The notes: a model not told the origin generated them from the sequence alone. A DNA stretch of 64,000 nt from Takakia lepidozioides (GCA_030704615.1 CM060731.1:83824001-83888000), one strand, 5' to 3'. Numbered from the stretch's first letter, positions 49,780-63,195 are shown. Numbers and translations are program-made.

Positions 49780-52700
49780 TCTGACTCAGAGTCAGTACAA
49801 TGTATCCCCTCTTCCTCTGCATCTAAGTCTAAGTATTTTAGAACACCGGATCCACGCTGGATACACCTACGGCTGGCCACTAAAAAGTCAGGGGATAGGG
49901 ACTCGGCCGCGTGAAGTGCCATTGCTTCGGCATAAACAGGAAGCAGAAAATTGGAAAGGGGGCTGTCGAAAACAGACTCGCCAGAAATGACTGTATCTCC
50001 TGAAGATCCACCGCTGCCTTTCCTGAAAGACAGCCTGAAAAAGTTATTACTGTAACTTTGATGTTATCGAGAAATTGAGTATGACTCCCAAAGAGGGTTT
50101 AGCACTTACTCACATGAAAAGTCGTTGTCGACCTGCTTATCTTCGGGATCGTCATCATTTTGAATTTGAATCCGATCAGTCTGTGTGCCTGAAGTGGAGC
50201 CAGACAAAAGGGGGAGGAGCACGGTGTTGTAGAGGTCAGAATCACCCTCCATGCCAAAAAGGCTTCTTCCGCCTGCCTTGCATGCGTGGTAAGTTGCTCC
50301 TGCACCAGACAGGAGAACATGAACAGTTTGGAGGGGGGATTTAAGCAGATGAAACTGTTGAAAGGAAACCAATTCGGAAGGGAAAAAACGAACCTGTGGA
50401 CACAGAAAGATCGACCACCCGTGCAGAGCGGTGGCTGCATGACTCCAGCAGTATTTGCATGAATGCTGGTGACTTTTCCTTTGCACCTCTCCAGGGAGTG
50501 CCATCTGGTCTCTTCAGAGTCTGACTGGACTGCATGAAGTTGTACAAAATGTCATCGACATGGGGCTCATAGGGGGGGTTGACGAAACAACCCTGGTCAG
50601 AAATCTCAAAGCTGCGGATGGAGGATGGTGTCTTTGATGTGCGAATCCTCCGCAGGCAGATCGCCTCGAACATCCTCGTCTGGCAAAGATAGCAGGTTAG
50701 TGTGGTAAACACAATCTATAGTGGAAGTGTGTACATCGGCTATTCAGAACTCTGACACAAAAAAATCATGAATCGGTGATGATCGGTGTCGATCATAAAA
50801 CATTCTACTAGAGTGGAGCTGCAGAGAAAATTGAAACTCATGATCAAAGCACAAGCAGAAGGGAGACGGCATACCAGCTGACCAGGGAAACCCCTTTCAC
50901 AAGGTAGAGGCTGTTCACACAATTCCATGTGCGCAAAACTTCAAACCCTGAAGACTTGAGGTATGATGCCAATGCCCGACGACTATCATTGTCACATGAC
51001 TGAAAAAGCAGAAGTGTCCCTGCATCAGAGAGGAAATTGTTACAGAACCCGAACACCCAACTCCAGTAGTTGTCCTCGAATTTGTTCCAGCCTGGCGTCT
51101 TGCCCTTTGGAAGAACTTCTGGCACAGCCTGGCCATCCGGGATGTCGAGAATGACAATGTCGGCCGCATAAGTTTTCTGCACACCGCACACGAAGGTGGG
51201 ACCTGTGCTCACCTGCAACAGACATGTTTTTTATAAGAACGATGGCAAGATTGTTTTCAAAGAACGAGACTGAAATACTGCCAACGAAACTTTCAGAGAA
51301 AAAGGAAAGAAACTGGAATTCTCACCAGATTGAGGAATGAGATTATATTGTCCCAGGTAGGGGATGGCACCCCAGTGTATCCTCTCTTTCGACTCTGCAT
51401 CATCGAAAGCCAACCCTCATTAACAATTTTCATCTCTCCTGCTGAATCAGAACGGGAAGGGTGTGGCTTGGCATCGAACACGCACTGAAGAGTGCGGGTA
51501 TATCTTCCAGCAGTAAAGTCCTGCCCACTCTCCATCTCCTTTTCATTCTCCTTCCCCTTGTCCTTTTCCTTCTCTTTGGACTTGTCTTTGTCCTTTGGCT
51601 TTGCTGGTGAGATGGCTATGACATCAACAGCCTTGTCTTTTGGTTTGCGGCCCGCCTTCTTTCCCTTCTGCGGCGTTCCCTGAGCATCAGGCTCCTTGGC
51701 AGCCAATGTTGCTATGTTTCGTTGATACTCTTCGTCAGTCAAAGGCGCCAGCATCTCAGCGTTATTGTTCAAGTATTTCATATGCTGTTCTTGAAAGGTC
51801 GTGTGCTCAGGTGGGCAGTCAAGGTACCACCCACAGTCTCTGAAGTGAGAAGGACTCCAGTCCTTCAATATCCCTGCAGTATACATGGTTGGATCGTTTG
51901 CAGGGTCCGACCACATGTCAAGATAGTCGGGAATTCCGCTCAGGTGATTTCCTTCCATAAGCACATATTTCGTGTACCTGAAAAAAGGAGATAAATCCCA
52001 ACCCACAAAAGCGCTCAGTGAGTAAGATGCAAGTAGAACAGAAAGAATAAAACATAGATTGAAATGGCTCTGAGAACTGCTCCAAGGACCTTTCAGGACC
52101 ACACTACTGCTCCAGATATGAATGTCGTCAACGCCATTCAGAACATTCCATTCAATGACACTGTAAATACACCCTAATCCAGGTGAATGCAAATTATCGT
52201 TTAGAAATGACACAGACATAGAAGTGAATGTCGTCAACGACATTCACTAATGAAGCCAAATTATTACTTAAATGAAGCAAAATCACAGGATGGAAATCAA
52301 AAAATTGAGTAAGGAACCCTCCAGGAAAACTCAATGCACATTCATAACGAACCTATCACTGAGGACCTCACAACATCACTGTATGTGAATGGCGTCAACG
52401 CCATTCACAAAAATACAAAAAAGAAACCAATTACTTAGCTCCCCAATCCATGTAAATTGAATTTGTCGCTGTTGAATAATACAGACACAGCTGTGAATGT
52501 CGTCAACGACATTCACTTTGGATTTCTTAAAACAGAGCTTATCAAGCCTCCACATTCATCGCAAGAGGCAAAAACAATGCAGAACAACTGAATGTCTGCA
52601 TTGACATTCAGCAAAATGAAGTGAGGAACCCTCACTGTAACCTCTATGGACATTACAAAAATTTAAATAACTCTGAGGACCTCTCAACAACTCCGTATGT

Positions 52701-55409
52701 GAATGTCGTCAACGCCATTCAAGGACATTATCAATTCTAATCAGGGACAATATAATTGCACCCTTAGATCCTAACCAGGTGAATTCATATACTCGCTTAA
52801 GAATGACTTAGACAAAGAAGTGAATGTCGTCAACGACATTCAATCTGGATCTAAGATTGCAATCCATATGAAGCCACATTTTTTCCCAAAAAACAGTAGA
52901 GTTTCAAGTATGACATTGCACCTGTACACAACTCGCATCATGGCCCACTCTCCTCCAACCTGACTGTCAAAGTCGTTGGACCGTAAAATGTTACCATCTT
53001 TGGAGAACTCCCGGAAAAAACAGTATCTCCAGGTGAGACCTCTCCACTTCCTTATGTATGCCTCCAATGACATTTGGGGAGGGGAAACAATCGCAATGTT
53101 CAGGTCCTTCAAAGTCTGATCCAGCACAATGACGGCGCGCTTTTCGAGCTGCAAATAGTATATTTGTCAGAATTGCAAAAAAGATACACATCACATACTT
53201 GAAGAGAAGAAACAGCATGTTCGAATACACACCTGACTCCAAAATGTAGCCTTGTGGAGCCAGTTATCAAACACCAAATCACTGATTCCTTCCACCTTTG
53301 TGCCAGGCTGTATGGTGCTCTTTGGGAACTGATTCAAGTCCTTTACTGTTTGATCTGAGTTCCATATCTCCAGCCACCTTATTTTTGTTTGTGGGTCGAC
53401 CATCGATATGGCCAGCCGGTGCAATTTCTCCTGCTGCATCTCCGGATGCACATGCTTGTCATAGTGTGTTTTGATCTGCTGAAGGAACTCAGGACCAAGT
53501 CCAGGATCTACTATTCTAAGCTGCTTTCCGAAGGCTGACATCAATTTGGTTCTTCGCATTTCAAACTCCTTCTTTATTGCAGCTTCCACACCCTTTGATG
53601 TCCTTAGTTCTTCTGGTGTAGTGCGGTAATATTCGGATTTTCCCTTCTCAGCTGCCTCTGCCAGTTCTTGCTGCATTCATTCAAGTAGTGATTAGCTCCG
53701 AGGGGACTACAAACATGTATTCGAAAAGTAAACAGATTACAGACTCGGGCTTACCGCATACATGTACTCCAGAAACGCCTCTCGTGTCAAAGAATACCAA
53801 GTGCCTGCAGCTCTTCCTGTTTCGCACTTCTTGATGATATTGGGTGGTAGTACTGTCCGAAAATCATCCAGCTTCATCAGACCAATCCTCTGAATTCGGA
53901 ATAGTGTGTGAACCAAGCTTGTTGTCACATGCGATTTCTCTGTCGATCTGCAAAAACATTGGAAACATTGCATTCCTTAACACTGTTTTTTGAGGATTAA
54001 CAAGACACTACAGAGGGAATGAAATCTCCTGGATGACTTACTTGTTCACGTCGTGCATAGCTGTAAGAAGCCTAGCGATGTCGTTTCCTGGATCCAAAAC
54101 CATTGCCTCCACAGCAACATGCTTGTCTTTGTCTTTCGAATGGTGTTTCTGAATGTATCCCATCCATGCCAGCAATCGGTGGTTGCCGTCCCAGACGTAG
54201 AACATGTGGTTGCAGAATTGCTGGGTGTTCTTTCCCATCATGAGGCCCAGCTCGAACTCCTCATTGGCATCTTTCCAGCACTCATCCCAGTTATCACTGA
54301 TCTCTGGAGACACTAATGTGCTTTTCCCATTTATATCCGTCAGTGACACATAAAAAACTTGTGCACCAAGTCTATATCCATGCACAAAATCACTCTCCAA
54401 TTTTGTTATGTCATGGGAAAGAGGTGGACGCACAACAGGCATTGATATCATCCGGCACAGAGGTATGTCCAGACGCCCTCCAGATACGAGCATGTCCCTT
54501 ATAACCTCCTGAGAGTTTACCTTCTGGAATGACATGAGTTCTTTCACCTTGTCAAGGTAGTGCACTTCGGATTCATCTGCTTCATCTGTATTCTCTGAGC
54601 TTTTTGCGGACTCGTCCCCATCTCCAGATCCTTTCCCCTCTGATCCTGTAGGCTTCGACCTCACAGTTTTCTGCACGATGCCATTCAGTTCTGACTGAGT
54701 GATTTGCAAATAGTGAATGGCGATAACGACCATCACTCTCTATCAAGGAAATTCACCATGAATGGTGTGAAAGAATTCAGCACAATCTACACATGCAAAG
54801 CTGAGACTGCCGTATTCAAAACAAAAGCGAGAGCGATAGCGAACGGCGTTAACGACAATCACAAAAGATAACGACCTGCCGGATCGGTGTTGTGTAATGA
54901 CATACATGTGCAACTGATTGGCGGCAACGACATTCAGTGTAGTTTAGGGAGAATAGTAAGTGCAGACTCTCTCTTCAAACACATAGGTACATAAATCTCA
55001 TGAGGAGAATCGAATGGCGTTAACGACGCTCGCAATTCAGTAGTTCCTGCTAAAGAAGGGAAGATGAAGGACTCCTTGAAAGGCAATCAGACAGACTATA
55101 TGATAAAACTTACTGGCACCTTCTTAGGTTTTGAAATTTGATCCCCTTCAGCAGCTTTCCTCTTCCCTCTCACATCTGCTGGAGTTTCTGTCTGCGCAAG
55201 GGTTTCTTGACCTTCTCCAGGTTCGGCGTTCCGCGTGCTTCAACCTTCTTCAGTGTCCTGCGAATCATCTCTGCCTCCACAGGCTGGCGCACTCTTATCA
55301 CCGACTGTGTCGCAGCCGCTGCCTCAGTCTCCGTCTGCTCTTGTGAATCAGTCTCCGCGTTCACCTGCTGCCTTGGCCCTGTGTTCTCCAACAAACGACG
55401 CCTCGTCAT
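49780..55409 (-). CDS. Multi-exon ParB/Srx-like + N6/N4-methyltransferase-like fusion protein (copy B)
   Basis: IPLCRMISMPVVR...FYVWDGNHRLLAW (54038-54736); EKLHRL; MRVVYR; KYVLME..GWYLD; ADIVILDIPDG; KEKSPAFMQILLESCS..RVVDLSVSTG|ATYHACKAGGRSLFGMEGD. Collinear with copy A and sharing its intron positions. Confidence 0.75.
52119..55032. repeat. Intronic 22-bp palindrome B (TGAATGTCGT-CA-ACGACATTCA), ~11 copies
   Basis: Copies at 52119, 52225, 52386, 52494, 52589, 52700 and 52821 (one intron), and degenerate copies at 54714, 54841, 54915 and 55011 (first intron). Confidence 0.92.
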
Positions 55410-56265
55410 TTTCTCTCTTGCTCTGCGTCTCTCTCTAAGGGAAGTAAAATAAAGAGACTTTCTTGCTCTTTCGTATTCTAGAAGGAACCCTCTCCAGCTT
55501 GACTACCACTCTCCCTCTAAGCGCGAAAAGTAGAAAAACGCAGTGACTCCCGATTTCTTGCGGGATTGCCTGCGTTCTTGCGTGTCTCTAGAAGCATCGG
55601 ATTCCCTCCCGCGTGACCGTTACACATAGTCGTTTCCTTATTAGTGCACATGCCAGCAATTGGTGTACAGCTGTTCGTATTCAGTTATGGATGTCTGACG
55701 TGTGCCGCCCAAAAAAAACGGCGTGTTCTTTATTAGAACGGGTTCAATATTTAAAAATAACAGCGAATCCCAGAAATTGATGCGCAGTCTTAAACAAATA
55801 AATATAAATGAACGAGAGTTTGATGACAAATTTTGGAATATCATACACGGTCATCCTTGTTAGCCAAACCCCACATTCGTTTCACATTTGGAACTTTCCA
55901 GGTGCGCATGATCATTTAGTAGTAGTATATAGATACATTTACTTAATCTGCAATCCCATTCTCAGATCCTGTGGCATGCTTCCAGGAAGTCGGCTTTGTT
56001 ATTGGGTTTATTGATGAGGTTCTGATTAACGGTTTAACAGTTGCCGACACTGCCCCTAGGGATACTCTGACCACTGGGCCCACAAGAAAAGTAATTAAAA
56101 TGGACGGCTGCATATCTGGAAAGAATAACATAATATGCACAGTCGTTATCTGAGCTTCCTCCGCCATATTCTCTGCTCATTCTTCAACTGTGTTCTGGAG
56201 ACAGCAGTAAACCGATTTACACTAGATCTGCGATAGCAAGGTACAAACATACTCGAGGAAGGAAG

Positions 56266-59200
56266 ATGGCTTCCTCTGAAGCGGAGTTCTTCTCAGACGA
56301 CAAACCAGTGCCGTTCTCCCAGGAAGTCCTTGACAATGGATTTGCAATTGTTCTGGAACATGTCTTGGCTACCCGTTTTCAGCTGCAGAATGGCTCCATC
56401 TTTTTGGAGAAAGAGGTTTACGATCTGAAAGGGAAGTTGGTGAAATATTCTTTCCAAAACCGTGATGAGACGGCTCATATCAGCCAGTGGAGAGTGCGTC
56501 CTGGTCGATACAGAGTACTTGGAGAGCCTCGGCGAAAGTCCCTTGGGTCATATGTGACGCCCGGGACTGCTGCTTCGGTCGTTGAAGACAAGAGGGAGGT
56601 GGTGGTGAAAAAAGAACAGACTTCCTCCACTCCAATCGTTGAGCTTTCGGATTCTTCCGATGATGACATAAGTGAAATTCCAAATCCAGTCCTTCCTACT
56701 GTGGTTGGAGAAGCTGATGAAGAAGAGATTTGTAGTGTCATTCCAAAATTGCGGGCGATGGGAGGAATGGCTGGATTCAAAAGTGAGTTGCGGGGAATTA
56801 TTGGGAATCTTTGAAGCAGGTGCCTGTGAAGTTCTTGCCGGAGACTTTTGATGGCGATATCCTATTCGAGCTGCCTCCTCCTCCGCGAGTTGGAGGTGTA
56901 ACAATCATGATGCATGGAATGGACAAGAAACACGACGGGCACCCGTGGTGCAGAACAAAAACATCCAATATTCAGAATGATGACAAGCTTGTTTTCAGGA
57001 GGACAGTTTGCAATGGACACCTTAGGTGTGATAATTTGAATTGCAGACACTTTCTTCAGTCTGGGGTTCATAATCAAAGCGAATGGGAGGGTCTGGCGGA
57101 AAATCCATTTCAGCCTGGGACTGCCCCTCCACCGGCAAACACTTTCGTCTGCAAATTCTGCAAACTTGTGCCATCCTGTTTGGCGCTCTGCGGAGCAAGA
57201 ATGTACTATGTTGTCCACCGTTTGAATACAATGACGAGAGCTTGTGTGCATTTTGGATTCCATAACCATCCTGTCTCGAAGGGGGATTACAGGGAGAGTG
57301 TTGAGACAGTATCGAGGTTGATCAAACAGGAGTTCGGGAGAAACCCATCCGCAACAACATCTGCAATTGCTCTTGGCGCAAGCAAGTCCTTCTTGGAAAG
57401 CCATATTTTGAGTGAAGGAGATTCTGTGGGGACTAAACTTGACGGTGCAGCATTGGACCTGGTCATGGATCATTTCTCCACTTTAAGTTCACCTAACATT
57501 CGGCATCAGATCAATGCATTGAGAATGGGCTCTGGATCAGAGGCTACATAGACAATATTTTGGAATTGAAACGAGTGAGCAAGTACGATTACATCCAGGA
57601 CAATGTATTCCCAGGTCAAGGTGCCATCAAAGTTTTTCTTTTCAAAATGTCGACTGTTGGGGAGGGCAGTGGGTTAGCCTCGTGAAGCGGATGCAGAAGA
57701 CTGGGGACTTGCAGAACTGTTTTCTTATGTTTGATCATGTGAAACGAGTGAAGGATTGGACGACAATGGCTTGTCATGTCTACGATCCAGTGTACCAACG
57801 AGTTATGACAATTGCAGTTTGTGACATGCAATCCGAGGATACGGAATCCCAGAAGCTCATGTGGAATTCCCTGATACGTGTCATGGGCTGCCATGGGCTG
57901 CCATCTCCAAATTTCGCAGGTTTTATGGCGGATAGTGCTCAAGCAAATTTCAATGCTATTCGTGTTGTCTTCGGATCGGGCGACCCAAAAGTGCCTATGC
58001 CAGGAGAGAGAGCGTATATGTCTATTCCATTGGACACAATCTCTGGAAAAACATACAAAGTCGGACATCAAACCAGAGATGCAGACTCAGCACCGTAAAT
58101 TGTGCAAAGAGTACAAAGATGCTAGAACAATGAAGGAGGCGGACACTTTGTTCCAGACAATTCGTGCCTGGTGGTTCTCTTCTGGAGCTGCATCACTTGA
58201 GAGTATGAGAGCATTGGAAGATTGGCTGGCGTTTTGGCACTTCCGGTATAGACAGTGGGGAGCAGCCATGACAATGGTACGAGGCTTCTATTTCATGCTT
58301 TATTCATACATTTGCTTTCCATATTTTTGACTCATTGCTTTCTTTATGTTGTTTCCTGTGCACTGTTCTGAAGTGTGGTTATCCTCTTTGCAGAACATGT
58401 CCATTGAGGAAATGGCGGACATGCCATCTTGCAATTTGGCAGAAACTGTGCACAATGCATGGTTGCAGCAGTCTGGGAAACGAGGTCGGGATTTGTATGT
58501 GGCAACAACAAATGATTTGATACGTGCCTTGCAACAACAAACCCGATACCGTGATTTCTTACGAGGTGGGGTTGGTGGCAAGGGTCCGGACAAATGGGAG
58601 TTGATGTTGCGTGCTGCAAACAGATCTGGGGATCCAATCAAGATAGCACGGGCGGTGAGCATGTATGCCAGGGAACGCCACTTGTTTCTAGAGTTCCACA
58701 TCTTGAAGGGGAGGAGAGATTCGGCTCCTGTAAGAGGAAATTGAACACTCCACCTGGTTCGGATTCAGATTCCCACAGGGCAGACCGTGATAACTTCTTG
58801 AAGCCTCGTGTTCCCCTGCATGACAGCTCCATGTCCGGAACCTCCATTGTGGAGGAACCTCCAACACGACGGCAAGCTCCAGCATCAAACCGTGCCACTG
58901 AAATGGTGCAGGAGAGAAACAACCCCCTTGATGTGCTTGAGTCCGCATGCCCCGACCACGTTTGGCACATAGAACGCACAAGTGTCGGGTCTCGTGTGAA
59001 ATGTACAGCGATCAGGGCAACTAATTTCGAGAAGTGCACTTCATCTATATCCAGAGGTGGTGCCCGAACTCTTGCTCCGACTTTCACGGGCTTGATGCGT
59101 CCATACGGTCAACCAGAAGCCAAGAACCACAAGTTCTGGTTCTGCGCAGATGATTGTGTCAGATGTGTGCATGGAACTGTGCGTCCTTCCGTAGTGATGA

Positions 59201-59778
59201 AGCCATCTCCTCCAACCGTTTGGCCCGTGAAGGTGGGAACACATCTCAGCTTTCAGGAGATTGAAATGCTGGAGGAGGCAGGTTTTTCCCTTGCGAGACA
59301 ACCCCAACTCCATGCATGTGCTACTACTTCTGCGTTCTCCCGGGTCCCCCCGGCAAATCCTGACTTGTGGCCAACCAAACGAGATGGAAAGCTCGTTCGG
59401 CGTTTCCCTCCAACCGCTGAACACTTTGGCAAAGTGGAGTCCGCAAGAATGCTCCAAGCTCGTGTCGGAAGCACCACGGAAGTACCCGATCCAGGATATG
59501 GTCGGGTATTCACAATCATCACTTCCACATCTGCTGTTCATGACAGGACCTACGACATCACGGTTTCCAATTTCCCCAATTGCACATGTCCTGATTTTGT
59601 GAATATGCTATCAACCAGTTTGGGCAAGAGAGGTAAATTCATACCCTGCAAACATTTGTATTTCATATTTTTGAGGAGGATGGTTTGCGATCCCAAACGT
59701 GACAACTTCATTCACCAGGCCACTATGAGTTTCAACGAGGTCGATACTCTTTTGCAGCGGGATACAACACATGGGTAG
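56266..59778 (+). pseudogene. MULE-type transposase with GCM-like N-terminal Zn domain and C-terminal SWIM finger; several frameshifts
   Basis: HDGHPW...CNGHLRCDNLNC...CKFC...HFGFHNHP (GCM/WRKY-like); FLMFDHVKR...GFMADSAQA...CLFHW (MULE D..D..CxxH); NLAETVHN (E); CTCPDF...CKH (SWIM). Confidence 0.8.
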
Positions 59779-61845
59779 CATGAACTATGTAATGTGGTAT
59801 GTGGATGACCATGATTTGAAATGTGTAATTCACATCAATTCGTCGGCTGTGCAATGATATGGCCTCCAACTATACGGAGTGAGCTCTGAGTGACAACTTT
59901 TAGGTAGTGCACATTTGTCATTGCACCGTTCGAAGTCTACATGTCTTGCTGTCGCTATGCACTACAATCATCTTTTGAAGATGATCATAACTCTCATTGT
60001 TATTTGAGGAGGGAGGAAGTCTTCTCGTGGCAGCCTTTATGGCGCACACTTTGTGAGGATATTTTGTCGTCTTCGTAATTGTAAAAGTGAAACAAGCATT
60101 TGTAATTGCACAATGTTGGATGCTGCAATTGTAGGCCTCAACGCTCGTCTTCATTCTATTTAGGCAAGATTCCCTGCATTAATTCCACGGTCATAGGACC
60201 ATCCACGGTTATAGGCGGCGCATGTTAATGCTGACGTGGCAGTTGACGGACAGTGCCATGTCATCATTTACCGCCACATCAGCATGCTGACATGACGCTC
60301 ACGCCACGTCACTCCTGCGTGAGCGTACGCTCGCGCGCTCACGTGCAACGCTCACGCCATTGCGTCGTTGGCCAGCCAGCAGTGCCAGTGCGTCATTCCG
60401 TCTTCATCCTAACGGTCATCCATCCTTATTCATCACCCGCATTCATCCCTGGCGAATCTTAAGGTAGGTGGAATCTAGTCATCACACTCCCCTTTTATTT
60501 TATTTTTTAAAAAGAAAGGGTAGGCCGCCAGCTCCAATGATTTTCACAACTGAGCGACCATGGAAAGTACGAGTACCTTCTGTACTAGGGGGCGCGTTCC
60601 CTGGCGTAAAAGAATTTTGGGGGCAGATTCTGCGAGGCCCTCATTGGCTGCAGGCCATAATGAGTCAATAAAAGTCAAACTGCCAATTAGGAACGCAGAA
60701 TGCGCCAACGCCGTGGAGCGTCGATCTTCTGCTTCCTAATTTGCCTCAAAAAAGACAGAATCCGCCCCCAAAATCCTCTACGTGTAGGGTGAGGCCCGAA
60801 GACGGGGGTGTTCCTGAAATGAGGGGCCCGGCACGAGGCGGTAGCCGAGTGCCTAGCCCCAAGGCCGCCCTCCGAGTGTTTGTCAGAGTGGAGATTGCGC
60901 CATGTAAGGCGCCTAAATATACACAGCACAATTCTCGGGCAGTTCTTTACGTACTAGAGAACTACGCCACATGGTGCAATATGATTGAGGTTCCATTATC
61001 CCATATCGATTGCCCAGGTTCAGACCCCCGAGGAGGATATAAACGGAGCGAGCCTCAGAGGGAATGTGAGGGGGAACGCCCGGGCCCGAGGGCATTCACG
61101 GGTGTGAGGCCCAGCATGAGGGCCGGCCCGAACGCCTGTGAATGCCTGCGGGCCCGGGCATTCCCCGACATGGCACCCGATTGGCCCACGTGTCGCTCAG
61201 CCTCCCTCTGCACCGGAAGATTGTTGCGGAAGGTGGTGCTGCACCGGAAGGTTTTACACGTGGCGGTTCATAGGCACTCAATTCCGGAAGATAGACCTTC
61301 CGTTCCATCAAACGGAATGTGTAGGGTAGAGAAGCGTACGCAATCTGATTGGCTGCGAATTATCCCATATCGATTGCCCATATTTAGCACCCTGTATAGT
61401 ATATAAAGGGGGTGAGCTGCAAGGTAGTGCAGGTTGGGCTTAGGGTGTTCTTGAGCTATATGCTCGAGGCGGGAGGCCATATCCGGGCAGGGCATTCCCT
61501 CACGGGAGGTGTGGTCAAAATACAAAGGGTGAAACACCACCCTGAAGGGAAGGCGGACGGGTTGATGGCTGATGACACGGGCATGGGTGGTTGCTATGTG
61601 GTGCGTAATCGGCCATCCCTGCCGAATCGGCAGTACAGCCTGGGTTGCCGATTCGGCCTGATCAAAAAGTGGCAGAATACGCCACACCTGCTTTTAACGA
61701 AGAGATAACTATCCTCCCCGTATCTCTTATGAATGGAAGGTAACTCGTGTTCTCCCGCCTGCATGGGCCAATCATATGGGTCCGCTCCAGGTAACTGAAC
61801 AGTCTGCCTTCCTCACTTAGTAGACTGTGAACCGACTGTGAAGCA

Positions 61846-63195
61846 ATGGGAATGGCAAATTCAAAATCGGTGACCTCCAGCGGTGTGGTGACGGGGGATA
61901 ATCCGTTACAGCATGCACTGCTGCTGCTCATGCTGCAGATAGCCCTCATCATTACTCTCACCCGCTTTGTCGCGTTGGTCCTCCGTCCTCTCAAACATCC
62001 CAGCGTGTGGCTGGTAAGCTTTCTCTCTTTTTTATCAGTCTCTCTCTCTCTCTCTCTAGTTAGATGCAGATCCTCAGTTTTGCATTGGAAACTTAATGTG
62101 GAAAGGCAAGCTTCCCATTCCACGAGTACTTCTGCCATGATGAAAACCTGGAGACGACCAACTCAGGTTTCCAGCACGTGAATGCGATGATCTTACAGCA
62201 CTCCCCTTGCTCTGTCGGTATTATGCTTGATGGGGGATTTGGAGGGCTGTCAATTGCACCTCATGTACACCTCTCTGCTTCGGGGCGGCCAGATGATCGT
62301 GAAGCCCTCATGTTGGCACGTCGGATGTCCCAGCATCATGGTGTGAAATTCACAGTGATCCAGTGTTTGATTAGAAGCCCAAAAGTAGAAGGAATCCAGA
62401 GACTGACAAGTAACACATTGCTTGAACAACATTTGCCAAGCAAACAATCTGGGTTTGTCAATCTTTCAGCAGCCATGAAACACCGGTTGGCTTTGCTGAG
62501 ACTCGGGATGAAAACTTGTCACTTTTCCCAGGCACCGTGGCATAGTTCACAACGGCCAGATTTAGATGAGCAGAAAGGAAAAGCTGACAGCCATACACAA
62601 GCAAGATTAGACAACCAGGCTTCAGCTTTGAATGCGCAGATTTGTACAACAAGTGTGGGAGCCAATGGCAGACCATTGGCGAAAAGTGGTGCAGCTCATC
62701 TCAAATTGGAGAATGAAAATGAGAAGAAGTTAGACATGCAAGCACTTGCACCCCTCCTCGCTGCTTCTAAAGCAAGTGAGAGGGAGAGCAGGCTAGCAGG
62801 CAATGACACATCCATAGGCTTCAGCTCTAGGGACCCAGATCGTAGCTTGGATGATAGTGGGCTGCACTACTCTAATCAGAACGAAGGCTTAAAGGTCTGG
62901 GACATGGAGGATCCCTACAAACCTGTGGTAGAAGTGGCAGGTTGGTCTGATTTTGTCGGTCTGCACGTCTGCACTGGCACGAGAAGAGCCCCATTCTACA
63001 TTTGGGGGCGTTTCCATTGACGGGAGTGGCCTAGGGCCCATAGGAAACCTTCTTGTATCCAAGAAGCTAAAACACATGCAGGCCTCGGTACTCGTGGTGC
63101 AGCAACACCCCTCTCAGGGGCAGCTTCAAGTCTCTCAGATTCCCCCACAATCCCTTGAACTTGAAGTGGTAGATTTGGAAGGACCGGAGAGATAA
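61846..63195 (+). pseudogene. CHX: Cation/H+ exchanger (CHX family) remnant lacking most of the transmembrane domain
   Basis: TSSGVVTGDNPLQHAL.LLMLQIALII..TR...LRPLKHP, then directly ILQHSPCSVGI..DDREAL.LARRM and LGPIGNLLVS..ASVLVVQQH, with a frameshift. Confidence 0.8.

Larger units (their letters stand above)
49094..60358. mobile_element. Region B: ~11.3-kb Mutator-like DNA transposon with divergent ParB-MTase gene and MULE transposase
   Basis: Imperfect inverted termini: GGCGTGAGC..CACGTGAGCGCG.GAGCG..CGCTCACGC at 49094-49140 versus its reverse complement at ~60316-60358. Two divergent genes inside. No TSD identified. Confidence 0.7.

Noticed and set aside
60741-61406. 221-aa ORF
   Set aside because: A low-complexity GC-rich frame inside a probable LTR-like block, with no motifs.
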